DNA from: an uncultured Lentisphaeraceae bacterium
GTDB lineage: Bacteria > Verrucomicrobiota > Kiritimatiellia > RFP12 > UBA1067
Length of the DNA stretch: 18,692 bases
Reading direction: 5' to 3'
NCBI GenBank assembly: GCA_964643945.1
Contig: CAZXVN010000184.1
Span: 1-18,692, forward strand
Positions 15,590 through 18,692 of this stretch are shown here, one piece after another. Below the pieces are notes generated by a model, which was not told the origin of the DNA, made no database searches, and saw nothing but the letters and a program-made list of their open reading frames with translations. Position 1 is the first letter of the stretch; every line of letters begins with the position of its first letter. Position numbers and translations under genes: made by a program.

Positions 15590-15949
15590 TCAGTCTGACT
15601 TCTGTCTTCTGACTTCCGGCTTCTTCTCCCCATGTGCCCCGCACACTCGCACGCCCTGCCGTTTCCAGCAATCGAAACAGACCGGCGCGCCGCAGACCGT
15701 GCAGGCCTGCTGCAGCGCGCCCTTGCTCCGGTAATAGGTGCCGCACGCCTCGCAGGTCCCGCCTTCGGCGGCCTCCCGCTTGCTGCGGCTCAAATAGTCG
15801 CCCAGATCCGTCCGCGAGACCCGGTACAGCTTGCCCAGGCGCGCGGCGGGCAGCTCGCCCGCGCGCACCAGCCGGTAGATGAGTTGATAGGTCACGCCCA
15901 TCTCGTCCGCTACCTCCTCCAGGCTCAGATGCTCTTTGTCCGTCGGCAT
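15590..15949 (-). CDS. HTH_17 (MerR/excisionase-family) DNA-binding protein with C-terminal zinc ribbon; putative regulator and first gene of string 1
   Basis: LSLEEVADEMGVTYQLIYRLVRAGELPAARLGKLYRV (helix-turn-helix), then CEACG...CTVCG..CFDC...C. The preferred start is the ATG at 15949 with GGAGGTG 7 nt upstream; the track's 15955 is a GTG inside the RBS. The last codons read into repeat array 15594-15621. Confidence 0.65.
   Translation of the reverse strand: MPTDKEHLSLEEVADEMGVTYQLIYRLVRAGELPAARLGKLYRVSRTDLGDYLSRSKREAAEGGTCEACGTYYRSKGALQQACTVCGAPVCFDCWKRQGVRVCGAHGEKKPEVRRQKSD
15594..15621 (+). repeat. heptamer array, 4 units, forming the C-terminus of the regulator gene
   Basis: gtctgac ttctgtc ttctgac ttccggc; encodes ...PEVRRQKSD*. 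Confidence 0.75.
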
Positions 15950-15976
15950 ATACACACCTCCTCTTAAAACGCCGCC

Positions 15977-16006
15977 ATCTTACGTTTTGTTTACTTCTGT
16001 TGTCAA
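15977..16006 (-). promoter_or_regulatory. sigma70-like promoter, copy B of the duplicated element (minus strand TTGACA, 18 nt, TAAGAT), ~25-nt leader to the regulator gene; AT-rich UP-like tract at 16011-16075
   Basis: On the minus strand the sequence reads TTGACAACAGAAGTAAACAAAACGTAAGATGGCGGCGTTTTAAGAGGAGGTGTGTATATG. Confidence 0.55.
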
Positions 16007-16081
16007 CAGCTATTTTAAAATATTTTTTATTGCTGTATTTTTATGCCTGATATAGCGTCCCTTAAACGGTTTCCCTGCTAC

Positions 16082-16107
16082 TTGAACGTTGAACTCTCAA
16101 CGTTCAA
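16082..16107. promoter_or_regulatory. perfect inverted repeat TTGAACGTTGA-N4-TCAACGTTCAA, 75-100 bp upstream of the copy-B promoter -35; candidate transcription-factor site
   Basis: Read directly: 11-bp arms with a 4-nt spacer, and each arm is also near-palindromic. No U-tract follows, so it is not a terminator. Confidence 0.4.
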
Positions 16108-16114
16108 CTTTAAA

Positions 16115-16127
16115 CTCTCAATTTGAG
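16115..16127. promoter_or_regulatory. second small palindrome TCTCAA-T-TTGAGA
   Basis: Read directly; adjacent to the 26-bp palindrome. Confidence 0.25.
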
Positions 16128-16185
16128 AAGTTACCCTCTAGTTTGTTCGCGGCGCAGCCGTGCGGTTGGCTTGTCGATCCTCTCA

Positions 16186-16199
16186 TTCTGTCTCCTGAA
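16186..16199 (+). repeat. isolated 2-unit heptamer remnant (ttctgtc tcctgaa)
   Basis: Read directly. Confidence 0.4.
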
Positions 16200-16262
16200 T
16201 TCTTCGCAAACGACTTGATTTTTTAGCGCGGTTTCTAGGCCGTAAGGCACCTAAAGCCTTCT

Positions 16263-16451
16263 TCACGGCATATCAAACCGGTAGAAGCGACCCGGATAAT
16301 TGGTCGAGGCCGTGTCTGAGAAAGTGGCCGTGCCGTTACTGAGGGTGACGGTCTCGACGGGAACCCAGACGGCACCCGTCAGATTCGTGCAGGCCTCCAC
16401 CGCGACCCTATAGAGGAGCCGCCCCAAACGCGGCCAACACGCATCCGGCAC
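16263..16451 (-). CDS. small ORF, possibly the remnant or 3' portion of a beta-sandwich-domain gene (…VETVTLSNGTATFSDTASTNYPGRFYRF)
   Basis: Track ORF (GTG start). In an adjacent frame lies a short signal-peptide-like ORF (MRLGAGCVLAAFGAAPL). No convincing RBS. Confidence 0.2.
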   Translation of the reverse strand: MPDACWPRLGRLLYRVAVEACTNLTGAVWVPVETVTLSNGTATFSDTASTNYPGRFYRFDMP

Positions 16452-16517
16452 CCAGGCGCATATTGCTTTTCACCAGCTTCTCTCCTTCTGCAGCCACTGA
16501 GCGGCTGCGGCTGTGAA

Positions 16518-17615
16518 TCACTTCTTCTTCATGAACTCCGCGGCGGTCTGCAGCCTCGGGGGATTTTTGTCGGTCTGGATGTCGGCGATCACTTTGTCGA
16601 TGGCGAGGGCGTTGGGATCTTCTTCCCCCTTCTTCTTCGGTTTGCCCAGGGCTTCGCGCATCTTCCGAAGCGCGGGAACCAGGTCGCGGGCGTTCCCGCC
16701 GTAGCGCCCCAGGCAGGCCAGGCACTTGTCAACGCGATGGCCGAAACCCCACCGGTCGGGCTCCATGACGTCCACGCACAATTGCATGCCCTCGGTGATG
16801 TGGTGTTTGGAGAGCAGATCCAGTCCTGCCAGGCGGATGCCGTCGGCGAACATCTCGTTGCTGGGCGCCATCTTCCGGACCGCCTTGATGATGGACGGCA
16901 AGAGCACCGCCACGTCGCGTTCGGTCAACTTGCCATAAATGCGCCCGAGCGATCCGCGGGCGACGCTGTCCTCATTCTCCAACACCGACAGCATGGCCGG
17001 ATAGAGCCACTGGGTGTCGACACCCTCCAGCGATTCGGCCAGGATGCTGGTGCGGGGGGTGCGACTGCCGGGGAAGGGTGAGAACAACGCCATGCAGGCG
17101 GCACGCTGGGCCATCCACCTCGGGTCGGACGGGTTGGGACTCACGGTCATGCGCAGCAGATCGTTCACGCTGGCTTTGCGGGCCTCCGGCCCCAACTCCG
17201 CCAGCGCCAGGCACGCCAGGCTCTGCAACCACGGGTCAGCCTCCTTGAGCAACGCCCGCAACTGCGGCGCGGCCGCATCGGCCCGCGGCCCCAGAAAGCC
17301 CAGCGCTTCGCAAGCCCCGTAACGGGCCTCTGGGCTGGAACCGGCCAGCAGTTTCAGCAGCGCCGGCACAGAATTTCCCTCGCACCGGCCCAGGGCCTGT
17401 GCCGAACGCTTGCGCACCGCCGGCGACCAGTTCGACAAGCCGGCCAGCAGCTGGTCAGCCGTGCGCCCGACGTAACCCTCGGTCGCAACCGAATGGGTGT
17501 AGTCGCGTCCTGCGGCGATGACCTCCGCCGTTTCTTTGGCGTTCAAAGCCGGAGCCGAGCACGGCCTCTTGCCCGTCAGACAGAGGCTCTTCAGCGGCAG
17601 CGCGTAGGCCAGCAA
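16518..17615 (-). CDS. HEAT-repeat (PBS-lyase-type) protein, main body
   Basis: Repeated ...ALG.LG....PALL.LL.D... units (VRKRSAQALGRCEGNSVPALLKLLAGSSPEARYGACEALGFLG...). It continues upstream in another frame (see 17591-17931). Confidence 0.7.
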   Translation of the reverse strand: MLAYALPLKSLCLTGKRPCSAPALNAKETAEVIAAGRDYTHSVATEGYVGRTADQLLAGLSNWSPAVRKRSAQALGRCEGNSVPALLKLLAGSSPEARYGACEALGFLGPRADAAAPQLRALLKEADPWLQSLACLALAELGPEARKASVNDLLRMTVSPNPSDPRWMAQRAACMALFSPFPGSRTPRTSILAESLEGVDTQWLYPAMLSVLENEDSVARGSLGRIYGKLTERDVAVLLPSIIKAVRKMAPSNEMFADGIRLAGLDLLSKHHITEGMQLCVDVMEPDRWGFGHRVDKCLACLGRYGGNARDLVPALRKMREALGKPKKKGEEDPNALAIDKVIADIQTDKNPPRLQTAAEFMKKK

Positions 17616-17931
17616 ATAGGCGCCCGTGGAGTCCCAGTTCGTGTATTTATTATGCTCCTCTTCCCCTGCAGGCGACCCTTGTCCACGGCTGTCACCAGAA
17701 TCTGCCTCGCTTCAGCGGTGTTGCCCGCCCAGCCATAGACCCAGCCGCGCGTGCCGGTCGGGCCCAGGTTCCAGTCGTGGTTTTCGTCCTTCTTGCCACC
17801 CTGGGTGAAATCAGGAACAGGCTGTTTTTCCTGTTTTCCTTTGGTCTGAGCGCCCGAGGCCACGATTATCCCCACATACAGCAGGACACTCAATCTGATT
17901 GCTGCATTCGAAATCCGTTTAACCCGTTTCA
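17591..17931 (-). CDS. N-terminal signal-peptide segment of the HEAT-repeat gene, out of frame with the body (frameshift near 17665-17690)
   Basis: MKRVKRISNAAIRLSVLLYVGIIVASGAQ, with RBS AGAGGA 7 nt upstream. Reading frame 1 stays plausible up to ...VTAVDKG. The HEAT frame becomes plausible from SPAGEEEHNKYTNWDSTGAY. The displayed coordinates in 17809-18060 appear 1 nt off from the ORF track. Confidence 0.45.
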
Positions 17932-18069
17932 TCTTTCGATCCTCTTTTCGTGTTGTCCGTTGCAAAGCCAGATTCCATCAGACACGCCATGCCCATCCAG
18001 TTCGTCATCTTCATCCCCTCTGTCCCCCTCCCTTTTTTTCAGGTCGCAATGACCCCTTTTTCGGTAAAT

Positions 18070-18095
18070 GTTTTAATTATCACAGGCGCGGCGTC
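18070..18095 (-). promoter_or_regulatory. candidate extended -10 promoter (TGTGATAAT on the minus strand) for the HEAT-repeat gene
   Basis: Read directly; about 150 nt upstream of the MKRVK start. Confidence 0.25.
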
Positions 18096-18274
18096 AGAAC
18101 GCAACGCCTCAAATAGGTGACAAACAGGTGACAAGGGTTGCGGGCGGCAGCCCTAAGCCCGCCGCCCGCGGAGCGGGAACAAACGAGAGGGCAACTTGCG
18201 GGAGCGATTCAGATTAGAATTGCTGGATCGCGCCGCCCGCCGGGCTTGCCCCGGTGGTGGCTCACGCTGGGCGC

Positions 18275-18657
18275 TCAGCGCGGGGCTGTGCCTGGTTGGG
18301 CCGCGGGCGACACCGGCGGAGCTGATCCGACGACCTGCCCGGCAGTCAACACCTGCCGATCCGCCAGCAGCCGCGCGCGCAACTCGGCATAGGGCACATC
18401 CTGCACGGCCACACCCCCGTCAATGGCCAGCGCCGCCGCCGTGGCTGCCGACTGGCCGAGAATCATAAATACCGGTTCCATGCGAATGGAGCCATAGGCG
18501 ATATGTGACGCCGATACACAGATCGGCACCAGCAGGTTGGCGCATTCCGCGCGGCGGGGACGAAGCGTCCGAAAGGCTATCTCGTAGGGATTCTTGAGCG
18601 CAATCTGCAGGTCGCCTTCATTTCGCACGAAGCCTTTTTCGTCCACATAGCGCTGTG
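18275..18657 (-). CDS. C-terminal fragment of an FAD-dependent oxidoreductase-family protein, truncated by the contig end and adapter
   Basis: ...[62 protein letters not shown], which resembles the conserved C-terminal region of FAD_oxidored-type proteins (from memory). The first 11 track codons ([11 protein letters not shown]) are adapter-derived. Confidence 0.55.
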
Positions 18658-18691
18658 AGATCGGAAGAGCACACGTCTGAACTCCAGTCAC
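18658..18691 (+). other. Illumina TruSeq adapter sequence AGATCGGAAGAGCACACGTCTGAACTCCAGTCAC at the contig end (contamination)
   Basis: Exact 34-nt match to the universal TruSeq adapter read-through sequence. It yields the well-known artefactual peptide GVQTCALPI in ORF 18275-18691. Confidence 0.95.
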
Positions 18692-18692
18692 C

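Noticed and set aside
16082-16107. 26-bp palindrome as an intrinsic terminator
   Set aside because: The stem is AT-rich and no U-tract follows on either strand. Its position upstream of a promoter fits an operator better.

Overview
High-GC (about 60-65%) bacterial fragment, apparently a short-read or metagenome contig: an Illumina TruSeq adapter sits at the 3' end (18658-18691). Every credible gene is on the minus strand; the long plus-strand ORFs in the track are antisense shadows. The window divides into two parallel minus-strand gene strings. Each string is headed by a copy of the same ~50-bp sigma70-like promoter element (6335-6385 and 15962-16012) and each ends in a paralogous Hanks-type Ser/Thr kinase fused to a TM segment and an FGE-sulfatase domain (1-1391 and 8023-10128). 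String 1 (16010 down to 8023) is the striking one. In order it encodes an HTH_17-type regulator with a zinc ribbon, a zinc-ribbon SPFH/flotillin-like protein, a zinc-ribbon FHA protein, an ESCRT-III/Snf7-like protein and a Vps4-like meiotic-clade AAA ATPase, followed by the kinase. The ESCRT-III-like protein has the N-terminal MSFLFIKTKK motif, a basic N-half and an acidic C-half ending in a MIM-like DLERRI. The AAA ATPase has the SKWYGESE pore loop, GATNKPW and a C-terminal EFEKFRQARFG helix. Together this looks like a bacterial ESCRT-III/Vps4 membrane-remodelling module wired to phospho-Ser/Thr signalling. String 2 (6376 down to 1) encodes a zinc-ribbon coiled-coil protein (possibly a second PspA/ESCRT-III-like paralogue), three exported, lipo- or membrane proteins, small membrane proteins and the second kinase. 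Between the two strings lie an AAA_14/DUF4143 ATPase gene and a kinase pseudogene relic. A pervasive, strand-biased heptanucleotide repeat family (TYCTGWC)n is scattered through the window in at least 16 arrays. Arrays occur in intergenic spacers, often as inverted pairs able to form RNA hairpins, and also in-frame inside coding sequences, including between the catalytic loop and the DFG motif of one kinase. On the coding strand all three frames of the repeat are stop-free and encode E/R/K/Q-rich heptad peptides of the RRQKSEV / DRSQESE type. The remaining genes are a signal-peptide HEAT-repeat protein with an apparent frameshift and the 3' fragment of an FAD-dependent oxidoreductase, truncated by the adapter. 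The taxonomic guess, PVC-type bacteria in which kinase-FGE fusions are common, is inference only.
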